DNA of 64,000 nt from Bdellovibrionales bacterium (GCA_038144835.1 JAYQON010000004.1:17-64016), one strand, 5' to 3'. Counted from the first letter of the stretch, positions 1 through 9,588 are shown. The notes: generated by a model not told the origin, from the letters alone. A program made the numbers and translations.

Positions 1-331
1 AAAAGTCGACTCCCGCCCGCGAAAGAAGTGAGATCTTGGCTCGCAAATCAGCTTTCACGGAGGAGGACACGGGAAAATCAACTCCAAAGGGGCTTATAGC
101 CACGCCAAAGCGCACTCCACGCATTCTAAACTCGCCTGCCAGAATACCTATTAATGTCAGATATTCTTCGGGCCATGGCTCACGCCAAGCTTTACGCAAG
201 TTATGATCGGCTTTGGGCCCATAGAGATAAAAGCCAAGACCATTGTGCGCAAGATGATCAGCCCAATTCACCCTCTCTTCCATAGACCACGAGGGACCAA
301 AGAAAATTTCAAAAACACCTAATGAGTTCAT
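1..331 (-). CDS. GH84-like beta-N-acetylglucosaminidase (O-GlcNAcase/NagJ type), N-terminal ~110 aa only; gene runs off the window start
   Basis: Not in the ORF track because it is truncated. Manual minus-strand translation from ATG at 331 gives MNSLGVFEIFFGPSWSMEERVNWADHLAHNGLGFYLYGPKADHNLRKAWREPWPEEY... This resembles the start of the GH84 catalytic domain (FYG-x-PWS ... Y-x-Y-GPKDD ... WR-x-PYP). Confidence 0.55.
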   Translation of the reverse strand, partial: MNSLGVFEIFFGPSWSMEERVNWADHLAHNGLGFYLYGPKADHNLRKAWREPWPEEYLTLIGILAGEFRMRGVRFGVAISPFGVDFPVSSSVKADLRAKISLLSRAGVDF

Positions 332-379
332 AGAGTCTAATTATGAACACTGAGTCCATACATGCAAGAACCGATTTAA

Positions 380-1222
380 CTAGGGGTGTCCAGGCTCCTG
401 GCTCTGATAAAAAAACCAACGAAATCCCAGAAACACAGAGGCATTGACACGCTCCCTAAAAAGTGGACTCTGCGTATTAGCGGCAGCATCGTGAAAGCTC
501 GCTCCAAATCCACTAAAGAGTGCATAACTTGGTTGTTCAAAAGCAAAAACCGCAAAAACATTGGTGCCGAGGTACCCACCTTTTGCTGTAAATTCTCTTC
601 GCTTGGGGGTAGCGTACATAGGTTCAACATCATAGAAATAGGCATGCATCTCGCGCGAGGCAAACTGAGATGTAATCCTAGCCGACACATCCACTTGACC
701 AAGAATCAGCTTTTTATGTTCTGCAATCAAACTTGGTGCTAGTACCAATCCCCGAAAATCAACGCGATTAAAATTGGTCGAGAAGGCGACCCGCGCCGCC
801 AAAGCTGCTTTGATGAAATGTCTCTCATTACCTCGCAAACGAACTTGCAGTCGAGGACCCATTTCGCCGATCCAGTCGAGATCGGGCATCTGGCTGCGGG
901 CTTCATTTTTTTTTGAGTCTGCGGGAAAAGAGCCAGACAAACTGATATCAAAGGTTGTCGCCATGTCTTTAAACAATCGCGCTCGCGTGCCTTCTTCATC
1001 GTCAGATCTAAAAACTTTGCCACGTAATTGGAAAACGGGAAATACTAGTCCATGTATTCGCGACTGCCCAGCCGCGGGATAATCGGGAATATAACCCATT
1101 CCACCTGCGATGCCCGCTTCAAAAAATGGCTTACTGTGAGCAGGGGTAACAGGGGAAAACGCAATTACAAAAAACACCGTAGCGACGCAAAAAAACACAC
1201 AATTTTGATTTTTTTTAAACAT
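380..1222 (-). CDS. MipA/OmpV-family outer-membrane protein
   Basis: Track ORF 380..1276, start moved to the internal ATG (1222), which gives signal peptide MFKKNQNCVFFCVATVFFVIAFSPVTPAHS. It has a beta-barrel-like alternating pattern and a MipA-like IPDYPAAGQSR..VFPVFQLRG segment. Confidence 0.6.
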   Translation of the reverse strand: MFKKNQNCVFFCVATVFFVIAFSPVTPAHSKPFFEAGIAGGMGYIPDYPAAGQSRIHGLVFPVFQLRGKVFRSDDEEGTRARLFKDMATTFDISLSGSFPADSKKNEARSQMPDLDWIGEMGPRLQVRLRGNERHFIKAALAARVAFSTNFNRVDFRGLVLAPSLIAEHKKLILGQVDVSARITSQFASREMHAYFYDVEPMYATPKRREFTAKGGYLGTNVFAVFAFEQPSYALFSGFGASFHDAAANTQSPLFRERVNASVFLGFRWFFYQSQEPGHP

Positions 1223-1292
1223 GTATTGAAATTTTAACCTTGGATCAGCATCAGGTCCATGGGATAAACACTGCAATCATGTACGGTGAACA

Positions 1293-1922
1293 ATGAATCC
1301 AAAGTTAGTCTGTCCATTGTGCCTATCTGATTCGCAAGTCCTGATTGATCGCTATGGCCAATGCTCGGTTTGTGACCTGCGCTTCCTTAATCCAGAGCAT
1401 CGTCTACCGAGAGAGGCAGAGAAAAAGCGTTACGAACAGCACCAGAACAATTTTGATGACCTTCGTTATCGCAACTTTCTAAATCCCTTGGCCTCTGCCA
1501 TTAAAGAACATTGCGTTGGTTCCGCTGAAGGTCTCGATTACGGGGCAGGACCATCTCCAGTACTGGCACAAATGCTGACCCTTATGGATTACGATATGTC
1601 CGTCTATGATCCATTCTTTTATGCCGACCCAAAGGTGCTGGCCAAAAAATACGATTTTGTCTCCTCAAGCGAAGCAGTTGAACATTTTTTTTATCCAGAT
1701 CTTGAATTTCAACGCTTGAGAAACTTGCTTAAGCCAAATGGCTCTCTAGCAATAATGACCTCTCTTTATTCGCGTAATATTGATTTTGAGAGCTGGTATT
1801 ACCGTAAAGACCCCACGCACGTTGTCTTTTACTCAAAACTTACATTTTTTTGGATAGCCAGAAAATATAATTTTCTCGACCCCATATTCTATGGTGAACG
1901 CGTCGTGATCCTAGGCACTTAA
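1293..1922 (+). CDS. class I SAM-dependent methyltransferase with N-terminal zinc ribbon
   Basis: CPLC...CSVC ribbon, then motif I LDYGAG and a Methyltransf_11/23-like core. Confidence 0.7.
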   Translation: MNPKLVCPLCLSDSQVLIDRYGQCSVCDLRFLNPEHRLPREAEKKRYEQHQNNFDDLRYRNFLNPLASAIKEHCVGSAEGLDYGAGPSPVLAQMLTLMDYDMSVYDPFFYADPKVLAKKYDFVSSSEAVEHFFYPDLEFQRLRNLLKPNGSLAIMTSLYSRNIDFESWYYRKDPTHVVFYSKLTFFWIARKYNFLDPIFYGERVVILGT

Positions 1923-1946
1923 AAAGTTGGAGATTAAAATATAAAA

Positions 1947-2714
1947 ATGATCAAAATACTTTCATGGAACGTAAATGGGCTTAGATCATGTGCCAGCAAA
2001 GGCTTTTTATCCTGGTTTAAAAAGCAAGCTGCCGATATTGTTTGCCTCCAAGAAATTAAAGTGAAACCTGAACAGCTCCCCCCTGATCTCTTAAACCCCA
2101 ACAAATACAATTCTTTTTGGTATCCCGCCCAAAAACCCGGCTACAGCGGCGTTGCCATAATAAGCAAGCAAGAACCGGAATCGGTAAAATTAGGACTTGG
2201 TGTTGATGAATTTGATTGCGAAGGTAGAGTGATTACTGCTGAGTTTAAGGACCTCATCGTGATCAACTCTTATTTTCCAAATAGCCAAAGAGATCATTCC
2301 CGCCTCCCCTTCAAATTGCGTTTTTGCACGGAATTTGCTCGCCATGCAGCCAGCCAACGACGTAGAGGAAAGACGCTCCTTATGTGCGCGGACTGGAATA
2401 TTGCCCCTTCGGAGATTGATCTAAAAAACCCTAAATCCAATCGGAAAAATGCCGGCTTCTTACCAGAAGAAAGGGCTTGGATGAAGAATTTTTTGGACTC
2501 CGGATATATCGATGCTTTTAGGTATTTCACCAAAGATCCTGAGCATTATACTTGGTGGAGTTACCGCCCAGGGATACGCGAAAAAAATATTGGCTGGCGT
2601 TTAGACTATTTTCTGAGTGCCAACAGCGATGTTGATCGACTCATCTCCTCTAACCACCAGACCCGGGTGTACGGTTCAGATCACTGCCCTGTTAGCTTGA
2701 CTGTCAAATCCTAA
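1947..2714 (+). CDS. xthA: exodeoxyribonuclease III
   Basis: MIKILSWNVNGLRS..., CLQE, NSYFPN, WSYR, GSDHCPV: full ExoIII/APE1 (EEP) motif set. Confidence 0.9.
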   Translation: MIKILSWNVNGLRSCASKGFLSWFKKQAADIVCLQEIKVKPEQLPPDLLNPNKYNSFWYPAQKPGYSGVAIISKQEPESVKLGLGVDEFDCEGRVITAEFKDLIVINSYFPNSQRDHSRLPFKLRFCTEFARHAASQRRRGKTLLMCADWNIAPSEIDLKNPKSNRKNAGFLPEERAWMKNFLDSGYIDAFRYFTKDPEHYTWWSYRPGIREKNIGWRLDYFLSANSDVDRLISSNHQTRVYGSDHCPVSLTVKS

Positions 2715-2837
2715 GTTCACCGGGTCCCGCATTGACATTTTTTGCCAACAAGTGTCTTCGTTAAAAACATTTTTAAAGTCCTAAATCGATTTAAACGGCA
2801 TTTCGGTCTGGCTAGAGATTGCAAACTCCTGTTTAAC

Positions 2838-3701
2838 ATGAGGATATTGTGGTTTTTATTTGCATTATTGCCGACTCAGAGTAGGGCCATGTGGACCCAA
2901 ACACCTAATCAGTTTTGGGGGCAACCATATCCACCACCGGTTGTAGCTCCACTAATGCTTTCAAATACACCTCAACCGCGCTATTTTTTATTTAACCCAA
3001 ACCCCACTCAATTTCTTTTTCCCACAGTTTTAATAACGCCTCCTTTTTCTCCCCCACTTCTTCAAATGGCAGCGAATCAGAAAAGACGCAGACCCATAAT
3101 TTCTGATGAAATTGGAATTGATAGCCAAGTAGACCGCGTTGCAATTCATCGAGGCAGAGGCTCTAGGACGCGGATTGAGGCCAGAGATTTCATCATCATC
3201 GAGGACAGAGACGGCGACGATGAGCGTGTGGCCCGCGGAGATGATTCTGTCGCCACGAGGGGAAGAACCGAGATTCGCCGCCCCATGGGTGTTCGCGAGC
3301 CTAAACCATTAAGAAGACCTCAAGCGGATTTACCACTCCATCGCCCGCAACGTGATTACTATCATAGCGGTCGTTACGCTCCCATCATGCCGCAATTTTT
3401 AGCGGCCTTTGATCAATGCGCTCCAGGTTGCAAATACATAGACTGGGGCGTATGGGGAGACCGTCGCCACCAAATGCACCGCTCCTGTCATAACTCAGGA
3501 AGTGCTATTGATATTCATGGTATTCGCTGTGGTGGAAAAAAAATTACAGCGGGCAGCGCGGGATTTTCACAATTTGTTCGCTGCATGCAAGGTCACTCCA
3601 GCCTTTTTATCATTTTCGGCCGCAACCCTCATCGGCACCATGCGCACATTTCACTGCGCAGTTGTGAAGTTGGCGGACGCGGCAAGATAAGGACTCGTTA
3701 A
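2838..3701 (+). CDS. secreted proline-rich protein with extensin-like C-terminal (LAS-type metallopeptidase-like) domain
   Basis: Start moved to ATG 2838 (signal MRILWFLFALLPTQSRA). The C-terminus has SCHNSGSAIDIHG (H-x6-D) and HRHHAHISL (H-x-H), the LAS / extensin-like_C pattern. Confidence 0.5.
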   Translation: MRILWFLFALLPTQSRAMWTQTPNQFWGQPYPPPVVAPLMLSNTPQPRYFLFNPNPTQFLFPTVLITPPFSPPLLQMAANQKRRRPIISDEIGIDSQVDRVAIHRGRGSRTRIEARDFIIIEDRDGDDERVARGDDSVATRGRTEIRRPMGVREPKPLRRPQADLPLHRPQRDYYHSGRYAPIMPQFLAAFDQCAPGCKYIDWGVWGDRRHQMHRSCHNSGSAIDIHGIRCGGKKITAGSAGFSQFVRCMQGHSSLFIIFGRNPHRHHAHISLRSCEVGGRGKIRTR

Positions 3702-4123
3702 TGGAATACAAATTTATCAAGTTTGCTCTTCTTTCAGTCTTTGCGATTGGCTCAATGGCTACGGCCTCGCCCCCTGGGGATGATGTGAATATGGAGGACA
3801 AAACTCAATCTTTTGAACTGACAGAAAATGGTGCTCTCGCGGGCAAAGTCACCGTCAAAGCGACTTATGTCGGAGAACCGATAGCTTTTCCGGTACAAAT
3901 TTCTGTCAAAGTGGTATGCAGCCCAGGATTTCGTGTCAATCGCAAGGTTTCACAAAATTGGATTGCCTACGATTACGGACACCACACCAATCCCCAGTGG
4001 CTTGCCCAGTTTGATTCACGTTTGCAAGAGCTTATAGTGCACTACCGAGCCAATCGGAAAGACGCTGAGGGCCGACGCTCAACTTCAAAGAACTACCCCT
4101 TACTTGGGGCTTGTGCACGCTAG
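3701..4123 (+). CDS. hypothetical secreted protein
   Basis: Signal peptide MEYKFIKFALLSVFAIGSMATA. TAATG overlap with the upstream gene suggests translational coupling. Confidence 0.5.
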   Translation: MEYKFIKFALLSVFAIGSMATASPPGDDVNMEDKTQSFELTENGALAGKVTVKATYVGEPIAFPVQISVKVVCSPGFRVNRKVSQNWIAYDYGHHTNPQWLAQFDSRLQELIVHYRANRKDAEGRRSTSKNYPLLGACAR

Positions 4124-4173
4124 GCAAATGCTGGTGGAATTTCTTGTCAAGCACCGCTATACTCGGCGGTATC

Positions 4174-5301
4174 ATGCCGAAATTGATGCACACAGGGGAC
4201 ATTCACCTTGGAATGCAATTCAAAGATTATCCCGATATTGTACGTGACAAACTGATTCATGCACGATTTGTGGCATTGGATCATTTGGTTGACGTAGCTA
4301 ACCAAGAACACTGCGACTTTTTTATTGTGGCAGGAGATCTTTTTGATCATTACAAGCCTGCCATTAAAGATTTACAAAAGGCCGCTGAGATTCTGAATCG
4401 CTTCGAGGGCAGCGGATGCCTGATTTTACCGGGAAATCACGATCATTTGTCAGACATTGCCGATAGCTTATGGGAAAAATTTCGCAAGTTATGCGGACCG
4501 CGGGTGTATATATTGGCTAAAGCAGAGCCCGTTATCTGGAACGTGGATGACTGGACAGCAATTTTTTATCCAGCGCCATGTACCAAGAAACTTTCAAAAC
4601 AAAATGCCCTCGGGTGGATGGAAAATCATGCCAAAAATCCAAGCGAAGCCCTACATATCGGCATCGCTCACGGCAGCCTTGCGGGACTCTCATACGACAA
4701 TCAAGGCACATACTTCCCTATGACTGAAGCCGAGCTAAAAGGTGCTGGAATGGACCTTTGGCTACTTGGCCATGCTCATCGAAGGTATCCCAAGAAATTT
4801 GAACCCGGTCACCGCATCTTTTATAGCGGCACTCCTGAGCCTGACGGTTTGGACTGTCCCGACAACGGTAATGCTTGGTTAATTCGTATCGACAACAGTG
4901 TTAAAAAAACGGTTCACGCTCAACCGGTCACTACTAACTGCTACCGATTCATCGACGTAGAAGTAAAAATCCGCAACCTAAGAGACCTTAATGATGGTTT
5001 CAACCAACTCGATGACGGAAAACTCCAAGACACGGTTGTACGTATCAATATCGTCGGTCACCTCAATTCTGATGAAATGATCGAGCTTAATAGTGTCATT
5101 GACTCAATGGCAAAACGAAGTCTTCATCTGAAAATAGACAAATCCAGACTCTCCATGACTCTTTCACCTGATCAAATCGATAAAGAGTTCACAAGACATT
5201 CTTTACCCAATAAAATTCTGCATCGTTTGGCCACAAACAGTAGCGACGGAGAAGCACTTCAACTTGCCTATGAATTGATTTGCGCCGAAAGAGATTCCTA
5301 A
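4174..5301 (+). CDS. SbcD/Mre11-like metallophosphoesterase (DNA repair exonuclease family)
   Basis: Start moved to ATG 4174. Motifs are MHTGDIHLG, VAGDLFD, PGNHD, GIAHG, LGHAH(R): the calcineurin-like phosphoesterase set in Mre11/SbcD order. Confidence 0.8.
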   Translation: MPKLMHTGDIHLGMQFKDYPDIVRDKLIHARFVALDHLVDVANQEHCDFFIVAGDLFDHYKPAIKDLQKAAEILNRFEGSGCLILPGNHDHLSDIADSLWEKFRKLCGPRVYILAKAEPVIWNVDDWTAIFYPAPCTKKLSKQNALGWMENHAKNPSEALHIGIAHGSLAGLSYDNQGTYFPMTEAELKGAGMDLWLLGHAHRRYPKKFEPGHRIFYSGTPEPDGLDCPDNGNAWLIRIDNSVKKTVHAQPVTTNCYRFIDVEVKIRNLRDLNDGFNQLDDGKLQDTVVRINIVGHLNSDEMIELNSVIDSMAKRSLHLKIDKSRLSMTLSPDQIDKEFTRHSLPNKILHRLATNSSDGEALQLAYELICAERDS

Positions 5302-7712
5302 TGTTGATCAAAAAAATCTCTTTAAAGCAATTTGGCGGACACAACCATACTGTCGAATTTAAAACGGGCCTCAATGTGTTGTACGGTCCGAATGACATTG
5401 GCAAGTCCAGTTTAATTCAAGCCGTAGAGTTTGTTTTATTCATGTCAGCAAAACCAAAGGGTAAAGAAAAAGAAATTTTAAAAAAATTCATTCCCCTAAA
5501 TGGCGATTCGATGGAAGTCCAATTGACTTTCGTTGCTGGCGAGATTGACTACACCCTAAAAAAAATATGGGGAGGAAAGCTTCCCGACGCAACCATGACT
5601 TCGGGCGCGGGACTTCACATATCTTCAGAAGAAGAGATAAATTCCACTTTAAGACAACTTTTGCCTCAACCTGAGGCGACCATGAAGACCATCTTAATGG
5701 CTCACCAATCGCAATTGAAAATTGCGATCGAACAAAAAGAATTTGAATCATCTGAACAGAACCTAACCACGATTCTTCGTCAAGCTTGCCTAGATTCTGG
5801 TGGCGTATCGCTTGAATCATTAAAAAAGCGCTTGGATTTGGAGATCAACAAGAGCTTTGACTACTGGGATGATTCTGCCCAAGCCCCGCTCAATCATCGC
5901 TCAATTGATAACCCTTGGAAAAGAGGGGGTATAATCGTCAATTCTTTCTATTACCGCGAGCGCCTGAAACGCGCCCATCAAAAGGCTTTGGATGCCGAGA
6001 GCAGAATTGACAACCTATCAGGCCAGCTTGCGGAAGCTAAGCAACAAGAATTTGACGCTAAAGAGTTTCGCAACAAATGCAAACCTGTCGTCGAGAGCTT
6101 AGTCACGAGGGAAAATTTACAGATTCGCCTTAGACAATCCGAAGTGCACTACCTTAAGTTGCGCGAAGATTTAGCGGAATGGAGCGATGCCTCGGTTAAA
6201 GTTTTGACCACAAACGAGAACCTGCACGAACTCGAAATAAAAATTGAGATTTTAAAAAAGGAATTACAGCAGGCTTCTTCACGTCTTAATGACAAAATTT
6301 TTCAACTGCGGTTTCAAAAAATAATGACTGAAAAAGCGCAAATGGATAAAGCTACTATCCATTTGCAGTCTCTCAAAAAGGTTTCCAACCAAGACTTACA
6401 AAAATTAGTTGAGGCTGACCAAAATATTCAAAAGGCAGTCGTGAGTCGGACTGCAGGACAGATTTCTTTAAATTTAACTGCTAAAAGACCTTTGACAGCG
6501 AAAATAAGACAGGATCTCGAACCGGAACGCAGTCTTGATCTATCGATTTCTCAATCGGTTGATTTTTGTTCTAACGGGCTTTTTAATCTGGAAACCAATG
6601 AAGTCATCATTGAAATATATTCGGGTGAAGGAGATTTGAAAAAGCAAAAACAGAAAGCGTTAGAAGCCCAAGAACTTCTCAGCGGACTTCTCGACTCAAT
6701 GAAAGTTGCTAATCTCGATGAAGCTCAAAGGCTGTACGCCGAATATAGCCAAGCCTTCCAAAAGGTTGAGCGGTTGCGATACTCTTATGAACAACTTTTG
6801 GCGGGAGAAACTTTTGCCGAAATCGAGCACAAGAATCAAGTCATCTCGAATCGAGGACCTACACGTGAACTGAATGAAATCCAAGAGGATCTCGCTCGTG
6901 CTGAAGGAAAAAAAAGTCTTTACTTAGATCAAAAGCAACGCCTGCAAACCAGACTCAATGAGCTCGCGCAAAAATATACAAATCAAGACATGCTCATCCA
7001 TCAGATCGGAGATTGTGTTGCTGAAAAGAAGTCTCTCGCTGCTGCAATTGAAAATTTACCAGCTATTTCCGAGGAATTTGGCAATTCAACGCAACTCCTA
7101 GAACGCTTTCGGCAGTGTGAATCCGACCTCGAGACTTTACGCGGCAAAATCATCTACCTACATGAACAAATTGCATCGGTCGATACTCCAGACGAGTCTT
7201 CGCAAGAACTAGCCAATCGCTTGGAACAGGCTGAGAGAAACTTTGATACTAGACTTAAGCACGGATCAGCTCTCAAGCGCATCAAACAAGCTGTGGAAGA
7301 AACGGAACAAGAATTCGCGCAGAAAAATCATTTCGAAGAGTACAAATTAAATTTAGAAAACTATGTTCGCCGGCTCACGGGTGAGCGTTACGTAGAAGTT
7401 AAGCTGAGTTCGGCCAAACCGGAGCAAATCATTCGAGCCCATGATCATATTTCAGTACCATTTGTATCATTATCGACAGGCATGAAGGATGCCCTATCAA
7501 TTGGACTAAGACTCACTATGGCCTCTTATTTTTTGCAAAATCAAAAAGGATTTTTTCTTCTCGATGATCCTCTAGTCGACCTTGACCAAAGCAGACAAAG
7601 CTTAGCCTGCGAAGCTCTCCTAGAGTTCGCACAAAAACATCAAATTATTATAACGACATGTCACCGCTGGTGCGCCGACAAATTGGGCGGGAATATTATC
7701 TCTTTGACATAA
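5301..7712 (+). CDS. SMC/Rad50-like AAA ATPase (SbcC / YhaN-SbcE-like), no zinc hook
   Basis: Start at ATG 5301 (TAATG overlap with the SbcD-like gene). Walker A is GPNDIGKSS, followed by a long coiled coil, signature-like LSTGMKD and Walker B FFLLDDPLVDLD. Confidence 0.8.
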   Translation: MLIKKISLKQFGGHNHTVEFKTGLNVLYGPNDIGKSSLIQAVEFVLFMSAKPKGKEKEILKKFIPLNGDSMEVQLTFVAGEIDYTLKKIWGGKLPDATMTSGAGLHISSEEEINSTLRQLLPQPEATMKTILMAHQSQLKIAIEQKEFESSEQNLTTILRQACLDSGGVSLESLKKRLDLEINKSFDYWDDSAQAPLNHRSIDNPWKRGGIIVNSFYYRERLKRAHQKALDAESRIDNLSGQLAEAKQQEFDAKEFRNKCKPVVESLVTRENLQIRLRQSEVHYLKLREDLAEWSDASVKVLTTNENLHELEIKIEILKKELQQASSRLNDKIFQLRFQKIMTEKAQMDKATIHLQSLKKVSNQDLQKLVEADQNIQKAVVSRTAGQISLNLTAKRPLTAKIRQDLEPERSLDLSISQSVDFCSNGLFNLETNEVIIEIYSGEGDLKKQKQKALEAQELLSGLLDSMKVANLDEAQRLYAEYSQAFQKVERLRYSYEQLLAGETFAEIEHKNQVISNRGPTRELNEIQEDLARAEGKKSLYLDQKQRLQTRLNELAQKYTNQDMLIHQIGDCVAEKKSLAAAIENLPAISEEFGNSTQLLERFRQCESDLETLRGKIIYLHEQIASVDTPDESSQELANRLEQAERNFDTRLKHGSALKRIKQAVEETEQEFAQKNHFEEYKLNLENYVRRLTGERYVEVKLSSAKPEQIIRAHDHISVPFVSLSTGMKDALSIGLRLTMASYFLQNQKGFFLLDDPLVDLDQSRQSLACEALLEFAQKHQIIITTCHRWCADKLGGNIISLT

Positions 7713-7727
7713 GAGATTCCCTTCGGA

Positions 7728-8894
7728 CTAGTGGGGCGATGGATTTAAGAAGATGCGCGCATCAGAAAGTGCATCTGACCAACTGAGAAAACGCCACTTA
7801 ACGTAGTAGTAAAATTTAAATGAGGAAACATCCAGTCCGATAGAATCTCTTAAAATTGAGCTCACGACGACTGATTCTTCAGCCAAAAATTGATCTGGTC
7901 TCAAATCTACTCCAGCCCTATGCAATTTAATCAGCGCTCCGATTACTTTAGCGTCTGGTATGGACTTTAAATCTGTCCAAAATCCATCGCTCTCTTGTTC
8001 TTCTGTATGATTTGTAAAGGACTGCTTGCTCTTAATTCCTTGCGAACTGGCAAGCTTAATATGAGCTTCTGGAGCGATACCAACTGCTAAAAGAGTCTCC
8101 GGCCACGAGCCAAAAAATCGCACTCCCGCCGCATAAACGGTACTTGCAGAGACCGTCCGACCAAGTATGGAGCTAATCTTAATTTTCAGTTTTCCAGTTG
8201 GGTCTTTACGAAATGTATTTGCGTTCAGCCTCAAACCTGAGATTTCAAGAACACGGAGCAAATGTTCTAACTCCAACCGCGTCAGTTGTGAATAACCACT
8301 TTGCCATCGCTCGCGCGGAATACCTGTTTTGGCCATAAGCTGATACCAGCCTCCGTGGTAATTACCTGCGGCATCAAAAAGGGATCGACCTTGTATGGGG
8401 TAGCCGAATTCACGCAAGCATATTTCTTCAAATTCTTTGCCGGCATTGGAAACCGACCCAGGAGTCAGTCGCACACCCAACTCGTCCAGTCTTTTGACCA
8501 CGGCAATAAGATCCAATTTACGCAGCGGAACTCGCGACTTACGTAACCGAACGCTGGCAGGATCAATACCAGCAGCTGTTAAAGCTGCATTCCAGCTGCC
8601 AAACTTACGTAGACTTGCGCGAATGACAGTTTTGGTACCAACTTTGCGACCCAGAGCCTTCTCCAAGATCGCTGGAGCCGTCTGACTTTTACCAAGCTCC
8701 ATGGCGCCATGATTCAAAGGTTCATGGTTTTCATGGAGGGTCCGAATAGCCAAAATCACATCCGCGCTGGTCAGCGGGTTTAGCACATCTTCACAACCAA
8801 TCTTTGCTTCTCCCGCCGAAGCGTCAATAACCACAAAGATGAATGTAAACAAGGTGATGAAAAATTTTTGAACATTAAAATGAAAGGAGTTCAT
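7728..8894 (-). CDS. secreted protein made of four homing-endonuclease-associated (HNH_repeat-like) repeats, no nuclease domain
   Basis: Signal peptide FFITLFTFIFVVIDASA. Four repeat units end in FGSWNAALTAAGI, GGWYQLMAKTGI, FGSWPETLLAVGI and FLSWSDALSDARI. Confidence 0.6.
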   Translation of the reverse strand: MNSFHFNVQKFFITLFTFIFVVIDASAGEAKIGCEDVLNPLTSADVILAIRTLHENHEPLNHGAMELGKSQTAPAILEKALGRKVGTKTVIRASLRKFGSWNAALTAAGIDPASVRLRKSRVPLRKLDLIAVVKRLDELGVRLTPGSVSNAGKEFEEICLREFGYPIQGRSLFDAAGNYHGGWYQLMAKTGIPRERWQSGYSQLTRLELEHLLRVLEISGLRLNANTFRKDPTGKLKIKISSILGRTVSASTVYAAGVRFFGSWPETLLAVGIAPEAHIKLASSQGIKSKQSFTNHTEEQESDGFWTDLKSIPDAKVIGALIKLHRAGVDLRPDQFLAEESVVVSSILRDSIGLDVSSFKFYYYVKWRFLSWSDALSDARIFLNPSPH

Positions 8895-8988
8895 TACGGC
8901 TCAGGCTCCCTGGATTTATAAACAATCTTTAATAATCCCAGTGCCTCTCTAGCATTTTATATGCCAACCCTTCGGGGGCCACAAAAAC

Positions 8989-9588
8989 CTAATTTTTTAC
9001 CCCTAAGATTTGCACAACTGCGCTCATCCCCCTATGTCCTTGACCCTCTTGTATTTCACGGGTGAGCTCTTCCTGTCGAAGAATCTTAAGCTCAGCCAAC
9101 TCATCTTTTAACTGAAGCAAATTTGGCAACAGATCAAGCTCTGAAGGTCCGCCAGTCTTGAATTTTAATTGTTCTGGAGTGTAAGCCTCGAGCAAAAAAA
9201 CTCCGTTAGGCTTCAACGCCCGAACACAGTCACCATAAACTCGCCGTCGTAACTGGCTCGGAAGATGACACCATATCGATACGATTCCATCCCACTGATC
9301 TATGCCCAATGGATAGCTCGAAAGGTCAGCCAACACAGCTTTAACCGAAACCCCTTCTTTTTTGGCCAGAGTCTTCAACTTCTCCAGTCCACAACTAGAG
9401 AAATCGACTGCCGTAACATCAAAACCATGTTTAGCTAAAAAAACAGAGTTACGCCCCTCTCCTTCAGCCAGGCAAAGGATCCGCCCACCTTGAGGTAAAA
9501 CATTAATATTTTCGGCTAAAAAAGTGTTGGGTTCTGTTCCATAAAAGTATTCTTGGCTCTTGTAACGTTCATCCCATTTATTTTTCAT
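8989..9588 (-). CDS. SAM-dependent methyltransferase (TehB/TPMT-like)
   Basis: ILCLAEGEGRNSVFLA motif I, DFS motif II, LKPNGVFLLE. Confidence 0.8.
   Translation of the reverse strand: MKNKWDERYKSQEYFYGTEPNTFLAENINVLPQGGRILCLAEGEGRNSVFLAKHGFDVTAVDFSSCGLEKLKTLAKKEGVSVKAVLADLSSYPLGIDQWDGIVSIWCHLPSQLRRRVYGDCVRALKPNGVFLLEAYTPEQLKFKTGGPSELDLLPNLLQLKDELAELKILRQEELTREIQEGQGHRGMSAVVQILGVKN

Noticed and set aside
4174-8894. SbcD-like + SMC-like ATPase + HNH-repeat protein as a Lamassu/Wadjet/Septu-type defence system
   Set aside because: There is no kleisin-like or effector nuclease partner. The HNH-repeat protein lacks an HNH domain, is on the opposite strand and has a signal peptide. The D-then-C order with TAATG coupling is the normal sbcDC arrangement. 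I treat it as a repair-type pair with an unusual apex.
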